DNA of 64,000 nt from Methanocaldococcus sp. 28A (GTDB lineage: Archaea; AGJL01; Methanococci; Methanococcales; Methanocaldococcaceae). The DNA lies in NCBI GenBank assembly GCA_049852185.1, contig CP187540.1. The stretch is one strand, 5' to 3'. Position numbers and translations under genes: made by a program. Position 1 is the first letter of the stretch. Each line of letters begins with the position of its first letter. A model generated the notes under the pieces. That model was given only the letters and a program-made list of their open reading frames with translations. It was not told where the DNA came from and did no database searches. Below are positions 22,353 to 35,343 of the stretch, in pieces.

Positions 22353-22386
22353 CTCTACGTTTTATTTTTTAATTTTATTTTTAATC

Positions 22387-22737
<351 letters not shown>

Positions 22738-22756
22738 TTATATCACACTTAGAAAC

Positions 22757-22828
22757 GGAAATCCTGTTCTTAAGGAAAAGGAAATTATATTCCTATATAC
22801 TCTAAAAATAGTATAAAAACTTTTCGGT
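22757..22828 (-). promoter_or_regulatory. glnK-amtB promoter with two NrpR-type operators
   Basis: BRE/TATA ACCGAAAAGTTTTTATA (22812-22828, minus strand); GGAA-N6-TTCC at 22780-22793; GGAA-N6-TTCT at 22757-22770. Confidence 0.85.
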
Positions 22829-22834
22829 TAGGAA

Positions 22835-23525
22835 GAGATTGTCAAGATAAGATAAGGAATAAGTTATATAGGGAGAAGAAAGATTTGAGCCAGCTAATGG
22901 CGGTTGAGAATTTAGAATTATTAGGGAATCGGTTATAGAAAGATTTGGTTCTACGTTTGAGTAGGGAGAAGAAATTTTCGACACAATTTCTTAAACCGAA
23001 TCGAACTCTTTCGAATTTTAGTCCTAATCTCTGTAGAGCCCACGGATACCATTTACCACCATCAACCAAAATTTTTGGTTTATTCGAGCAAAATTTTCAT
23101 ATACTTTTTACGAATAAGATAGTATCGAGATAGCATCTTGTTTTAGAGGTGTAGATACCTAAACATTCTTTAGATTCCACATCGATGGCAGACCATACAT
23201 AAATAGTTTCATTTCCAAGCTTTAGTTTAGTTTTATCGATTGCAATTAGGTTTCTTGTCTTTCTTTCAGGTTCGTTTAAAATATCTTTAATCTTGTGGTA
23301 ATATTGTCTAACCGATTCGTGGCTTATACTCTCGAATTGAGAAAGAAACTAACCTTTCTTAACGATAATCCTAAATAATACAAAATTCCTGCCAAAATTT
23401 TAATCTCTATCGACTTTTTATTCCTTTTAACTACCTTCTTAATCCTTTCCTTTAACATTTCTATCGTAAGTTTCATATCTTCCTTTATTTACACATATCT
23501 ATTTAATCCTTATCTTGACAACTTC
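22835..23525 (-). mobile_element. IS6-family element (~690 bp) with inactivated transposase 22842-23476
   Basis: 13-bp TIR TTGTCAAGATAAG at 22839-22851 and 23509-23521; MKLTIEML..., [19 protein letters not shown]; frameshift and internal stop. Confidence 0.9.
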
Positions 23526-23536
23526 ACCTCCACATT

Positions 23537-23555
23537 ACCGAAAAGTTTATATATG
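23537..23555 (+). promoter_or_regulatory. Consensus BRE-TATA promoter for the downstream ncRNA candidate
   Basis: ACCGAAAAGTTTATATATG about 27 nt upstream of a GC-rich island. Confidence 0.8.
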
Positions 23556-23579
23556 TAAAGTATATTATTAGCAAGCTAA

Positions 23580-23697
23580 TGCGGGTGGGACAGTAGTGAG
23601 CCCCCACCTCACTGCTGATAACCCGCGTCGTAGGAGCCGGCTCCATTTAGTTTAACAAAATTTACAGCTTAACACCCCTCCCCCACATATATTTTTA
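23580..23697 (+). ncRNA. Unassigned GC-rich structured ncRNA candidate
   Basis: GCGGGT/ACCCGC and CAGTAGTGAG/CTCACTGCTG stems, own promoter, 3' T-run, no ORF. Confidence 0.7.
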
Positions 23698-23850
23698 TTT
23701 GCTATTATAATTTATTTATTTAAATGTTTAGAATAATATTTTTATAGAAAATTATTTATACGAACTAATACAATATAAATAATAATATAAAAATATAAAA
23801 AAATAACAATAATTTTTATATTTATGATAATGCTGTGGGGGTAACATTCT

Positions 23851-24693
23851 ATGAAAAGCATAGAAGAATATATAAAAGACGCATTTGAATATTCTTATTC
23901 AGATATTAAGAATTTTATTGTTGGAGGGTTACTGTTATCAATTTCTACTGTTATTGGAGTTATTTTTGACATCTATTTATTAAAGTATATTAATTTATAT
24001 TCTTTTATGGCTGATATTTCAAAGATATTTGTATTGTTTATCTTGGTAATACTAATTTTGTTAATAATTGGAATTATAACAAGTGGTTACCTTGTTAGAG
24101 TTATGAAAACCACTGTAGAAGGTTCAAATATCCTACCAAATTGGGATAATATTGTTGAATTGTTTATAAAAGGGGTTTTATATACAATTGGTAGTACTAT
24201 TTTAGCAATAATCTTCTTTATAATTCCAATTATATTAATAGTCTTAGGGGTATTTTTATTAATAAAATCCCCTATAGGGTTTGCAATATCAATGTTAGGT
24301 TTTATTATATTATTAATTTCAGGAATTGCATTCTTTTTCTATTCTCTATTAGCAGAAGTTAATTTTTCAATTAAAGGTTTCTTTGGATTTTTTGAGTTTA
24401 AAAAAATATTTAAAATGATATCTTTAAAATATATTGTATTAGTAATCCTTGTTTTTATTATTAGCGTTATTATTAACATAATTGTTTCATTACCTTTTGT
24501 TATACTCTCAATAATATTGGCTCCACATAATATGATATATAGTTACTCAGCGTATACTGTCTCTCCGAGTATTGTAATTCTTCAGTTAATAGAAGGAATC
24601 ATTAAAGGATTTGTTGCATTTTTTATTATGATATTTATAGGTAGAGCAGTAGCATTATACTACAAAGATAAGATTGAAGAAGAAAATATTTAA
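23851..24693 (+). CDS. DUF4013-like membrane protein
   Basis: AFEYSY, GYLVRVMK, LPNWDN..LFIKG; hydrophobic. Confidence 0.8.
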   Translation: MKSIEEYIKDAFEYSYSDIKNFIVGGLLLSISTVIGVIFDIYLLKYINLYSFMADISKIFVLFILVILILLIIGIITSGYLVRVMKTTVEGSNILPNWDNIVELFIKGVLYTIGSTILAIIFFIIPIILIVLGVFLLIKSPIGFAISMLGFIILLISGIAFFFYSLLAEVNFSIKGFFGFFEFKKIFKMISLKYIVLVILVFIISVIINIIVSLPFVILSIILAPHNMIYSYSAYTVSPSIVILQLIEGIIKGFVAFFIMIFIGRAVALYYKDKIEEENI

Positions 24694-24702
24694 TTAAATT
24701 AA

Positions 24703-25620
24703 TTATTTAAATCTTAAATTATAAAGATATTCTGCTAACTTAAAAACATAATCTTTATTTTTTAGACCATCAATCCAATTTTTTGGAATTTTTTTAAAAC
24801 CATAATAAGCTCCAGCTATAGCTCCGTACATGGATGCTAAGCTATCAGTATCACCTCCAGCATTTATGCATTTTATCATCCCTTCTTTAAAGTTATCAGT
24901 CAGTAGATAGGTTGCTATAGCTGAAGGGACCACTTCTTTAGCTAAAACTCCTGTCCCAAAATAATCATAAGCAGAATCTATATCATCAAATTCTTTGATT
25001 TTAGATATAAGGTTAGCAAAATACTCATCTACCTCTTTTATATAATTATAGCATTCATCCAATAATCTAAAATCTTTTCTTTCTTTTAAAGCATTGCTTA
25101 CAAAAAATGCAATTGCTAAAGCTCCAGCAATCGCTTCAGGATGGTTGTGGGTTATTTTTGAAGCTTTTATAACTTCAACTTTTAATTTATTTATATTGTC
25201 ATAAAATAAAATAGCTATTGGATATATTCGCATAGCAGCCCCACATGTTGGACTATCTACTCCAGAGAAATCATTATTTTTCAATTTTTCAATAGCTTTT
25301 AATGATGTTAAACCAATATGTGGAGGATTTTTTTCTCCCCATTTTATTAAATAAGATGCAAATTTTTCTATATCTATGCCGTTTTTATCTAAAGATTTTA
25401 TAATAAAAATTGCTTGTTCTGTATCATCAGTCCATTCTCCTTTTTTAACTTTTCCTGCCAAATAATTTTTTGGCTCAACATAATCATCAACAAATCCATA
25501 AATATTTTTTATTTCATCTTTTTTTAAGCCCTCTGTAGGCATTCCTAAAGCGTCTCCAATTACTGCCCCAAATATGCAACCATATATTTTATCTTTCATT
25601 TTGTTTAATATATCGTTCAT
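24703..25620 (-). CDS. ADP-ribosylglycohydrolase (DraG-like)
   Basis: GDALG, WTDDT, GAAMR, THNH, GGDTDS. Confidence 0.93.
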   Translation of the reverse strand: MNDILNKMKDKIYGCIFGAVIGDALGMPTEGLKKDEIKNIYGFVDDYVEPKNYLAGKVKKGEWTDDTEQAIFIIKSLDKNGIDIEKFASYLIKWGEKNPPHIGLTSLKAIEKLKNNDFSGVDSPTCGAAMRIYPIAILFYDNINKLKVEVIKASKITHNHPEAIAGALAIAFFVSNALKERKDFRLLDECYNYIKEVDEYFANLISKIKEFDDIDSAYDYFGTGVLAKEVVPSAIATYLLTDNFKEGMIKCINAGGDTDSLASMYGAIAGAYYGFKKIPKNWIDGLKNKDYVFKLAEYLYNLRFK

Positions 25621-25695
25621 AAAGACTCACCATTGAAGAATGATATTTTAATGAGTTAGAAAAAATATAATTATATATGTTTTAAAATACTTTGA

Positions 25696-27551
<1,856 letters not shown>

Positions 27552-27666
27552 TCACCTTTTTAATAGGCTTCCAAAAGTAAAAGTATTTTGATTTCATATT
27601 TAAATATTATGTTCATCACTTTTAATTAACAAAACTTATAAAACATTAAAAATTCAAAAATAAAAA

Positions 27667-29565
27667 TTGGACAATAAAAATCAAAGGTCTGAGACTATGA
27701 AAAATGTTTTAATAAATGCAACAACAAAAAATTTTGAAATCATTGAAAAAAATATATTACCAATAACTTGGGGACTATATTGGCATAATAAATTTGAGAC
27801 ATGGAAGTACGATGTTTTTGATGAAAGAAATGTCTTTTGTTTTGGTAGAGGAGTTTTGCCAGTTATTGGAGGGCATAGATTGATATTTTCCTTTAGGTCT
27901 CCACTTTGGGATGGTTTCTATTTTTCATCAATGGGAGGAGCTGGATATCAGTTCAAAAGCACAGGATTAAATAATGTAGCAATTGTTGGAAAATGTGAGA
28001 AGCCATCAATATTGGTTATAGAAAATGAAGGACAATTAAGAGTTGATTTTATTGAGGTTAAAGAAGAATATAAGACTGTTTATGATGTTAGTAAATATAT
28101 CCTTGAGCTCTACAAAGACAAAAATATGAGAAGTGTTGTTGTAGGTGAAGCTTCCAAAAGAACAAATATGGGGGCTTTATTTTCTCAAACAGTTAGAAAT
28201 GGTGGATTTGTTGAGGGCTCAGAAGATTGGGCAGCAAGAGGGGGAGGAGGTTCTGTACTTTATAGAGCTCATAACATAGTAGGAATTGTCTTCTTTGGAG
28301 ATGAAAAAGAAAATAAAGAGGAAAAAGAAAAAGCTAAAAAAATTATTGAAGATTATTATAAAAAACCAATGAGTAAGGTTGTTTTAGAGCACACAAAAAA
28401 ATATAGGTATAATGAAGAAACAAAGACTGGAGGGACTTTTGGGAACAACTGGCTTTTGTATAAAGAGAAAGTTCCAATATTTAATTGGAGAATGCCCTAT
28501 ATAGATAAAGAGGATAGAAAAAAGATTTTAGATAAAATATTAAAACTTTATCTTGAAACATTCAATAAAGAAAGTATAGAATCAAAGAAATGGACAAACT
28601 GTGGGGAGCCATGTCCTGTTGTATGTAAAAAGTATAGAAATAAAAACAAAATTGATTATGAGCCTTATGCAGCTAATGGAACTTTATTAGGAATTTTTGA
28701 TTTATATGAAGCGGATAGAGTTGTTAAAACAGTTGATGCATTAGGATTTGATGCAATAGAAGTTGGAAATTTAATTGCATGGGTTTTTGAACTCTTAGAT
28801 GTTGGTTTGTTAAAAGAAGATGAGCTAAATATAAAAAAGCCAATATTTGACCATAAAAAGATTATAGATGGAAGTGATGAAGAGATTAAAGAGATTTCTA
28901 AGCACAATGCCGAGCAAGCAATAAAGTTATTGTATAATTTAGCAGAGAACTCAAATGAAATCTACAAAATCCTATCATTAGGAAAGAGAAAAGCATCTAA
29001 GATATTAAATGAGAGATTTAAAATCAGAGTTAAAGAATTTGGCAAAAAGTTTAATGATTTTGCTGTTTATGTTCCATTTGGCGATTGGGGAGAAATTGCA
29101 TCAAATTTATACTGGACTCCTGGATTCTTTATACCATTTGTTATTCAAGGAAGATATCTAACTTATTACAAACCAGAGTTTAATGAACCAGAAAAATTAG
29201 CAGAATTAGTTGTAGAAAATATAAAATTAGAACTGCCAATAGAAAACCTTGGAGTTTGCAGATTCCATAGAAAATGGCTTAAACCAGTATTAAATGATTT
29301 AGCTAAAGAGTTTTTAGGTATAGAAGATATTGTAGAAGATTCAATAAACCTCTATAAAGAAATCTGCAACTACAACAAAAAGATAGGATATCCTGCAAAA
29401 ATTGAAAGTGAAAGAGTTAGAGATTTAATTAAAGCATTAGCAAAAGAATTTGGCAATGAAAAATGGGTAAAAGAATTTGAAAATAGAGAAAATGTAGATA
29501 CCTATATAAAAAGAGTTTTAGATAGATATTCTGAACTCTTAGGTATTGATTGGAAGATTAATTAA
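27667..29565 (+). CDS. gor: Glyceraldehyde-3-phosphate:ferredoxin oxidoreductase (W enzyme); start probably 27698
   Basis: SPLWDGFYFSSMGG, EDWAARGGGG, CGEPCPVVC, DYEPY; divergent from wtpA. Confidence 0.85.
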   Translation: MDNKNQRSETMKNVLINATTKNFEIIEKNILPITWGLYWHNKFETWKYDVFDERNVFCFGRGVLPVIGGHRLIFSFRSPLWDGFYFSSMGGAGYQFKSTGLNNVAIVGKCEKPSILVIENEGQLRVDFIEVKEEYKTVYDVSKYILELYKDKNMRSVVVGEASKRTNMGALFSQTVRNGGFVEGSEDWAARGGGGSVLYRAHNIVGIVFFGDEKENKEEKEKAKKIIEDYYKKPMSKVVLEHTKKYRYNEETKTGGTFGNNWLLYKEKVPIFNWRMPYIDKEDRKKILDKILKLYLETFNKESIESKKWTNCGEPCPVVCKKYRNKNKIDYEPYAANGTLLGIFDLYEADRVVKTVDALGFDAIEVGNLIAWVFELLDVGLLKEDELNIKKPIFDHKKIIDGSDEEIKEISKHNAEQAIKLLYNLAENSNEIYKILSLGKRKASKILNERFKIRVKEFGKKFNDFAVYVPFGDWGEIASNLYWTPGFFIPFVIQGRYLTYYKPEFNEPEKLAELVVENIKLELPIENLGVCRFHRKWLKPVLNDLAKEFLGIEDIVEDSINLYKEICNYNKKIGYPAKIESERVRDLIKALAKEFGNEKWVKEFENRENVDTYIKRVLDRYSELLGIDWKIN

Positions 29566-29571
29566 AATCTA

Positions 29572-30060
<489 letters not shown>

Positions 30061-30066
30061 TTATTT

Positions 30067-30549
30067 TTATTCCTTACCATATATGGAGATTTTTATATGT
30101 CCATCAATTAAATAGTCAAACTCAATTTCTTTATCCCATCCCGCCTTTTTAAAGATACTCATAAAACATATACCAATAACTTTTTTAGGAGATAGTCTTT
30201 TTATTAATTCTTTAATTTTATCTGTCTCTACATTATACTTAGGCATTGCTAAACCTCCAAATAAAACGACTGCATCTACTTTATCTAAGCTTTCAAAGTT
30301 TTCCATTTGCATACCTACATCTTTAATAACAAGTTTTTTAACATTGCTTAAATCTCCATTTGGAATGAAATAACTCTCTTTATTTCTTATTGCATATCCA
30401 AACAATTCTGCAAAAGGCTGACAAACTCCAATAGAGCCTACAAATGCAACACTTTCTATATTGTTATTCTCTATAAAATTTTTAAATTCTCTTAACATTG
30501 GTGTAAGTCCATTTTCTTCTTTTAGCAATTTTAATACCAACTGTATCAC
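30067..30549 (-). CDS. DUF2124-like methanogen protein
   Basis: GVCQPFAELF, GGLAMP, GICFMSIF. Confidence 0.75.
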   Translation of the reverse strand: MIQLVLKLLKEENGLTPMLREFKNFIENNNIESVAFVGSIGVCQPFAELFGYAIRNKESYFIPNGDLSNVKKLVIKDVGMQMENFESLDKVDAVVLFGGLAMPKYNVETDKIKELIKRLSPKKVIGICFMSIFKKAGWDKEIEFDYLIDGHIKISIYGKE

Positions 30550-30658
30550 CTATACCAATTTTTTGATATAAATAAAATATAGTTTCATAGTTTTTTTTGA
30601 GGCATATAATAAACACACCTTCTTATAGGATTAGTCTAATTGATTTTAATAAAGTTAG

Positions 30659-30740
30659 GACTTTGGAGTTTAATTACTTTTAACTAAAAATTAAAGTAGG
30701 ATGTAAGTAATAAAAATTTTATGTCTTATTTCTTAAAGCT
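30659..30740. repeat. Degenerate element with a family B-related TIR and a different interior
   Basis: TA-GGACTTTGGAG start; right end poorly conserved. Confidence 0.4.
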
Positions 30741-30842
30741 AAATTTCCATTATCAAAATATTTATATTTATAAGATACTCAACTTTTTTATACAGTTTAT
30801 TCAATTTATTCAAAATAACACAAAAAAATAATTAGGGATAGA

Positions 30843-31484
30843 ATGCCAAAGTTGATGTTAGCCCTTGATGTTTTAAATAAAGAGGATGCCTTAAAAATAA
30901 CTAAAGAGATTAAAGATTACGTTGATGCTATAAAAGTTGGATATCCTTTAGTTTTATCTGCTGGAGTAGGAATTATAGAAGAAATAAAAAAAATCTGCAA
31001 TAAGGAGGTTATATGCGATTTTAAGGTTGCAGATATTCCATCAACAAATGAGAAGATAGCAAAGATAGCTTTAAAATATGCTGATGGGATAATAGTCCAT
31101 GGTTTTGTTGGAGAAGAATCTGTTAAGGCTGTTCAAGATGTTGCTAAAAAATTAAATAAAAAAGTAATAATGGTTACTGAAATGAGTCATCCTGGAGCAG
31201 TTCAATTTTTACAACCAATAGCTGATAAATTGGCAGAGATGGCTAAAAAGCTTAAAGTTGATGCTATTGTAGCCCCATCAACAAGACCAGAGAGGCTTAA
31301 AGAAATTAAAGAAATTGCAGAATTGCCAGTTATAACTCCAGGTGTTGGAGCTCAGGGAGGAAAAGTTGAAGATATAATAAATATCTTAGATGAAAATGAT
31401 TACGTCATTGTTGGAAGGGCAATATATCAATCAAAAAATCCTAAAGAGGAAGCTAAAAAATTTAAAGAAATGCTAACCAAGTGA
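30843..31484 (+). CDS. pyrF: Orotidine-5'-phosphate decarboxylase
   Basis: ALD, DFKVADIP, TPGVG, IVGR. Confidence 0.96.
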   Translation: MPKLMLALDVLNKEDALKITKEIKDYVDAIKVGYPLVLSAGVGIIEEIKKICNKEVICDFKVADIPSTNEKIAKIALKYADGIIVHGFVGEESVKAVQDVAKKLNKKVIMVTEMSHPGAVQFLQPIADKLAEMAKKLKVDAIVAPSTRPERLKEIKEIAELPVITPGVGAQGGKVEDIINILDENDYVIVGRAIYQSKNPKEEAKKFKEMLTK

Positions 31485-31488
31485 TAAA

Positions 31489-31956
31489 ATGAAAAAGAAA
31501 AAAGATATACTAATTGTTGGTTGTGGAAATCTCTTATTTGGAGATGATGGCTTTGGTTATGAGGTTGTTAGCAGATTAGAAAAAATGGAACTCCCAGAGA
31601 ACGTTGAAGTTATTGATGCTGGGGCTAGTGGAGCTTATTATTTAATGACCTTAGTTGATGAAGATATTAAGAAGATTATAGTTGTTGATGCTATTGATTT
31701 TAATTTAGAGCCTGGAACAATAAAAAAGATTGATGTTAATGAACTACCAAATATTAGGAAATATTCCTTTGATGCTCACAACGTTCCATTAGCACCATTT
31801 CTTAAAGAGTTGCATGAGAAAGGAATTGAAGTAGTTGTTATTGGTTGTCAAGGTAAGGAATTTACAATGCCTAATATAAAACCAGGGCTGTCTGAAGAAG
31901 TTGCTAAAGCTGTAGATAAAGCCATAGAAATGATTTTAGAAGAAATAAAGAAATAA
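31489..31956 (+). CDS. Hydrogenase maturation protease (FrhD/HycI-like)
   Basis: GCGNLLFGDDGFG, VDAI, DAH. Confidence 0.92.
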   Translation: MKKKKDILIVGCGNLLFGDDGFGYEVVSRLEKMELPENVEVIDAGASGAYYLMTLVDEDIKKIIVVDAIDFNLEPGTIKKIDVNELPNIRKYSFDAHNVPLAPFLKELHEKGIEVVVIGCQGKEFTMPNIKPGLSEEVAKAVDKAIEMILEEIKK

Positions 31957-31966
31957 GGGATTTCAC

Positions 31967-32605
31967 ATGCTTAGAGAGATTTTGCAAGGTAATGCTGAAA
32001 AAGGGACAATAACTCAAATTTATGGACCACCAGGAGTAGGTAAGACAAATATATGCATTATAAACTCTATAAATGCTGTTAAATTTGGGAAAGTAATTTA
32101 TATTGATACTGAAGGAGGCCTATCAATAGAGAGGATTAAACAAATTGCTCCAGATAACTATCAAAAAGTTTTAGAAAATATGATAATCTATGAAGTCTTT
32201 GATTTCTATGAGCAAGATAAAGTTATACAAAAAGAGCTTCCATTAATTGCCAATAATGCAAGTTTAATTGTGGTTGATAACATCACTTCTTTATATAGGT
32301 TAGAGTTGGGCGATGAAGCTAACAAAAATATCATGCTCAATAAAATGCTTGGCAATCAAGTAAAAACTTTATTAAAATTGGCTAAGACAAATAACTTGGC
32401 TGTCATAATAACTAATCAAGTAAGGGAGACTGTTAATGGCTTTGAGGCTTCTGGAGGAAGATTGTTGGAGTATTGGAGTAAATGTATTGTTAGATTGGAA
32501 AAACTCAATGGAGATAGATTGGCTATATTAGAAAAACATCTACATGCTAGAGAAGAAAGAGTTAAATTTAGAATAGTTGAAAGGGGAATTGAGATTATTG
32601 ATTAA
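31967..32605 (+). CDS. radB: RadB recombination protein
   Basis: GPPGVGKTN, YIDTEGG, TNQV, LEKH; lacks the RadA N-domain. Confidence 0.93.
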   Translation: MLREILQGNAEKGTITQIYGPPGVGKTNICIINSINAVKFGKVIYIDTEGGLSIERIKQIAPDNYQKVLENMIIYEVFDFYEQDKVIQKELPLIANNASLIVVDNITSLYRLELGDEANKNIMLNKMLGNQVKTLLKLAKTNNLAVIITNQVRETVNGFEASGGRLLEYWSKCIVRLEKLNGDRLAILEKHLHAREERVKFRIVERGIEIID

Positions 32606-32646
32606 TATATAAAATTATAAATATATATTTTTAAGTATTTTCAATC

Positions 32647-32836
32647 GGACTTTCGCAATAATATATAAATCTTACTTAACTGCCGTTTGAAAGTGATATA
32701 TACACTTTTATCGACAGTTAAAAGAGGAGTGTATCTAAAATCGAGTAAGATTTATAAGCTCTCTTATACACACCTGAAAAATACATCATTGCTATAGGTA
32801 TCATATTTTTATTAATTATATAAAGTGCGAAAGTCC
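32647..32836. repeat. Enlarged family B element (190 bp) containing an IS-end copy
   Basis: GGACTTTCGCA / TGCGAAAGTCC-TA; 32726-32756 matches the IS end at 36148-36178. Confidence 0.8.
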
Positions 32837-32934
32837 TATCGAAAATAAATAATATGAAGGTGATTTAATGAATTATCATTACAAAATAATTTCAGGATAT
32901 CACAATATTTCTCAATTTTTAAAAATGTGATAAT

Positions 32935-33342
32935 ATGAATATAAAAGCAGTAGTTGAATTCATAAAAAACTTTTCTAATTCAAAAAATTGCAAAAAAATA
33001 GCTGAAGTTGGAGTTGGATTTAAATTTGATATTGCAAAAGAGTTAAATAAATATTTTGATTTAATGGTTATTGATATCAATGAAAAAGCTGTTGAAAAAG
33101 CTAAATTTTTTGGATTGAAAGCCTATAAAGATAATTTATTTAATCCAAATATAAATTTATATAAAGATGTTAATTTAATATATTCTATAAGACCTCCACG
33201 AGATTTACAACCATATATTTTACTTTTATCAAAAGAGATTAATGCTAATTTAATTATAAGACCTCTTTTAAATGAAATGCCTATAAAAGAGCTGAAACTA
33301 AAAAACTATAAAGGAGAAGTGTTTTATATAAAAGAGATTTAA
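32935..33342 (+). CDS. UPF0146-family protein
   Basis: EVGVG, DNLFNP, YSIRPP. Confidence 0.85.
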   Translation: MNIKAVVEFIKNFSNSKNCKKIAEVGVGFKFDIAKELNKYFDLMVIDINEKAVEKAKFFGLKAYKDNLFNPNINLYKDVNLIYSIRPPRDLQPYILLLSKEINANLIIRPLLNEMPIKELKLKNYKGEVFYIKEI

Positions 33343-33498
33343 TTAAGCTTTCAATTTCTTTCTTCTCCAGTATCTCATTTTTGGATGGAATCTAACTCTT
33401 CCTCTTGTTTTAACAATAACAAACAATGGAACTCTTCTATTCTGCTTCAATGCTTTAGCCAATCTCAACTTCTTTCCTAATGGCTTGTTACTCCCCAT
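33343..33498 (-). CDS. rpl39e: 50S ribosomal protein L39e (absent from the ORF track)
   Basis: [24 protein letters not shown]...[11 protein letters not shown]; GGTGA RBS. Confidence 0.96.
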   Translation of the reverse strand: MGSNKPLGKKLRLAKALKQNRRVPLFVIVKTRGRVRFHPKMRYWRRKKLKA

Positions 33499-33507
33499 TT
33501 TTCTCAC

Positions 33508-34110
33508 CTAAATTTTCTTTTTTAATCCAACTACTCTTGTTTGTTTATGTTCAGGGAAATATTTTCCAGGGTTTTCTCCTCTCTCCTTCAATATATATCT
33601 AATTTCAGCCTCGTAGTCAGAGCTTAACTTAGTTCCACTTTTTATCTCTTCTAATATAAAAAATTCACTTGCTAAATGTCTTAGTGTTTTATAACCAAAA
33701 CCCATTAATGGGGTTATATATTGAATATTTTTCCTCATCTCTAAGCTCTGAATCTCTGAATACCTAAGTTTAGGAACTTTATCATCTCTTCGTGTCCCAT
33801 CCGCTAAAATGTTGTATTTATCAGCTAAAATTTCTAAGACAGTTTTATGAATATATTGTATAGCTGGAGCAGGATATTTATTCTCTATAATCATATCAGC
33901 AGCTTTTTCAACAATTTTTCTATCGAGAGTTATGACTTTATGCTTAAATCCTAAAATCTTAGCGGTCTCTTCAGCTAATTTATAAGAAGGAATAACATCA
34001 AAATTTATGGTTATTAAATGAGGATTATAACCGAGTTTTTTTAATATAATCGCTGAGAGGGAACTATCTTTCCCTCCACTAAAGAGAACATGAACATCCA
34101 TAAGTTTCAC
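33508..34110 (-). CDS. PP-loop ATPase-family protein
   Basis: FSGGKDSS, DGTRRDD, SDYEAE. Confidence 0.85.
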   Translation of the reverse strand: MKLMDVHVLFSGGKDSSLSAIILKKLGYNPHLITINFDVIPSYKLAEETAKILGFKHKVITLDRKIVEKAADMIIENKYPAPAIQYIHKTVLEILADKYNILADGTRRDDKVPKLRYSEIQSLEMRKNIQYITPLMGFGYKTLRHLASEFFILEEIKSGTKLSSDYEAEIRYILKERGENPGKYFPEHKQTRVVGLKKKI

Positions 34111-34436
34111 TTTCTAATGATTTTAATATCTCTCTTTCTCTTTGTCATAGCACTTAATCTCTCAAGTAAAGCTTTAAAGTCCTCATCTTTTAATGGAATA
34201 GGCAATCTACCAAGTTGAGCTAATTGAATCAGTTGCATTTCAACAGCTTCAGCAAATTCTGGTCTCGCTAATCTTATTCGCTCCAACCTCTCTCTTGCTT
34301 CAGGAGCTAATATCTTTCTTAATAATGCTCTTTTTTGCATTTCAGCTTCTAATAATGCCTCTTCTTGCTGTTGTTGTTCAGCAAGCTTTTTTTGCAATTC
34401 AAGAAGTTTTCTTCTTTTAATTTCTTCAATATCCAT
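34107..34436 (-). CDS. PDCD5-like DNA-binding protein
   Basis: EARERLERIRLARPE; lies between rps19e and rpl39e. Confidence 0.92.
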   Translation of the reverse strand: MDIEEIKRRKLLELQKKLAEQQQQEEALLEAEMQKRALLRKILAPEARERLERIRLARPEFAEAVEMQLIQLAQLGRLPIPLKDEDFKALLERLSAMTKRKRDIKIIRK

Positions 34437-34447
34437 TTTGCATCCCC

Positions 34448-34894
34448 TTAGTATTTAGCAAGAGCAGGGATTTCATTGATTATTTCATCCCTAACCTCTT
34501 TAGCAATGTTGTCTAAGAAACTTCTACCTTTTGGTGTAATAACTCTACCTTCTGGTGTCTTTTCAACAAATCCTAATTTTTCTAATTCTTGTAAAGCTTT
34601 TCTAATGATATTTCCACTACCTTTGTAGAAGTGCTCAGGTGCATGGCCTCTATTTTTTCTTCCTCCGTAAGCAGTTCTTAATCTTGAAACTCCAACTGGG
34701 CCGTAAATATAGATTTTTCTTAAAATTGATGCACACCTTATATACCACCAGTCATCTTGCTCAGGCCTTCTCTCTCTACTCATACCTGTCTTAACAAAAG
34801 GGACCCACTCTGGAACTCCAATATCCATCTCTTTTAATTTTTCAGCTGTCTTCTGAATTAACTTATCAGCTGGAACATCATAGACAGTTACCAT
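34448..34894 (-). CDS. rps19e: 30S ribosomal protein S19e
   Basis: TVYDVPA, VKTG, WWYIR, YGGRK. Confidence 0.97.
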   Translation of the reverse strand: MVTVYDVPADKLIQKTAEKLKEMDIGVPEWVPFVKTGMSRERRPEQDDWWYIRCASILRKIYIYGPVGVSRLRTAYGGRKNRGHAPEHFYKGSGNIIRKALQELEKLGFVEKTPEGRVITPKGRSFLDNIAKEVRDEIINEIPALAKY

Positions 34895-35203
34895 TTTTGC
34901 ACCTCTCTTAAATATTTTAATTTATTTTTGATATTCTCTGAATTCTTTATTTTGTGGTTAAGATTTAGATTTTTGTTAGTATAAAACATCAAACTTTTTC
35001 ACTTATATATTTTTAACTCTAAAAATTTTATCTTTGCAAAAGTTTTATTAAACCAATAAAACAAGCTTAGTATTAATTTGATTAGGTTATATTTATATCT
35101 TATTATTGATAGACACCTTTACGTCTAAAATTTAACTTTATTAAAAAAGAGAACCTAAGCCTCATATAAGACAATATAAAAAATGAATTCAAAAAGTTTC
35201 AAA

Positions 35204-35278
35204 TGGAGCCGGGGGTGGGATTTGAACCCACGTAAGGCGGATCTGCAGTCCGCTGCCTAGCCCCTAGACTACCCCGGC
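35204..35278 (-). tRNA. tRNA-Cys(GCA)
   Basis: GCCGGGG/CCCCGGC acceptor stem, anticodon loop CTGCAGA, GTTCAAATC T-loop, U73 and encoded CCA. Confidence 0.98.
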
Positions 35279-35343
35279 TCTCCAAACCTATGAGTTGCAT
35301 ACATAAACTATATAGAGGTAGTATATAAATTTTATGGTTTATA

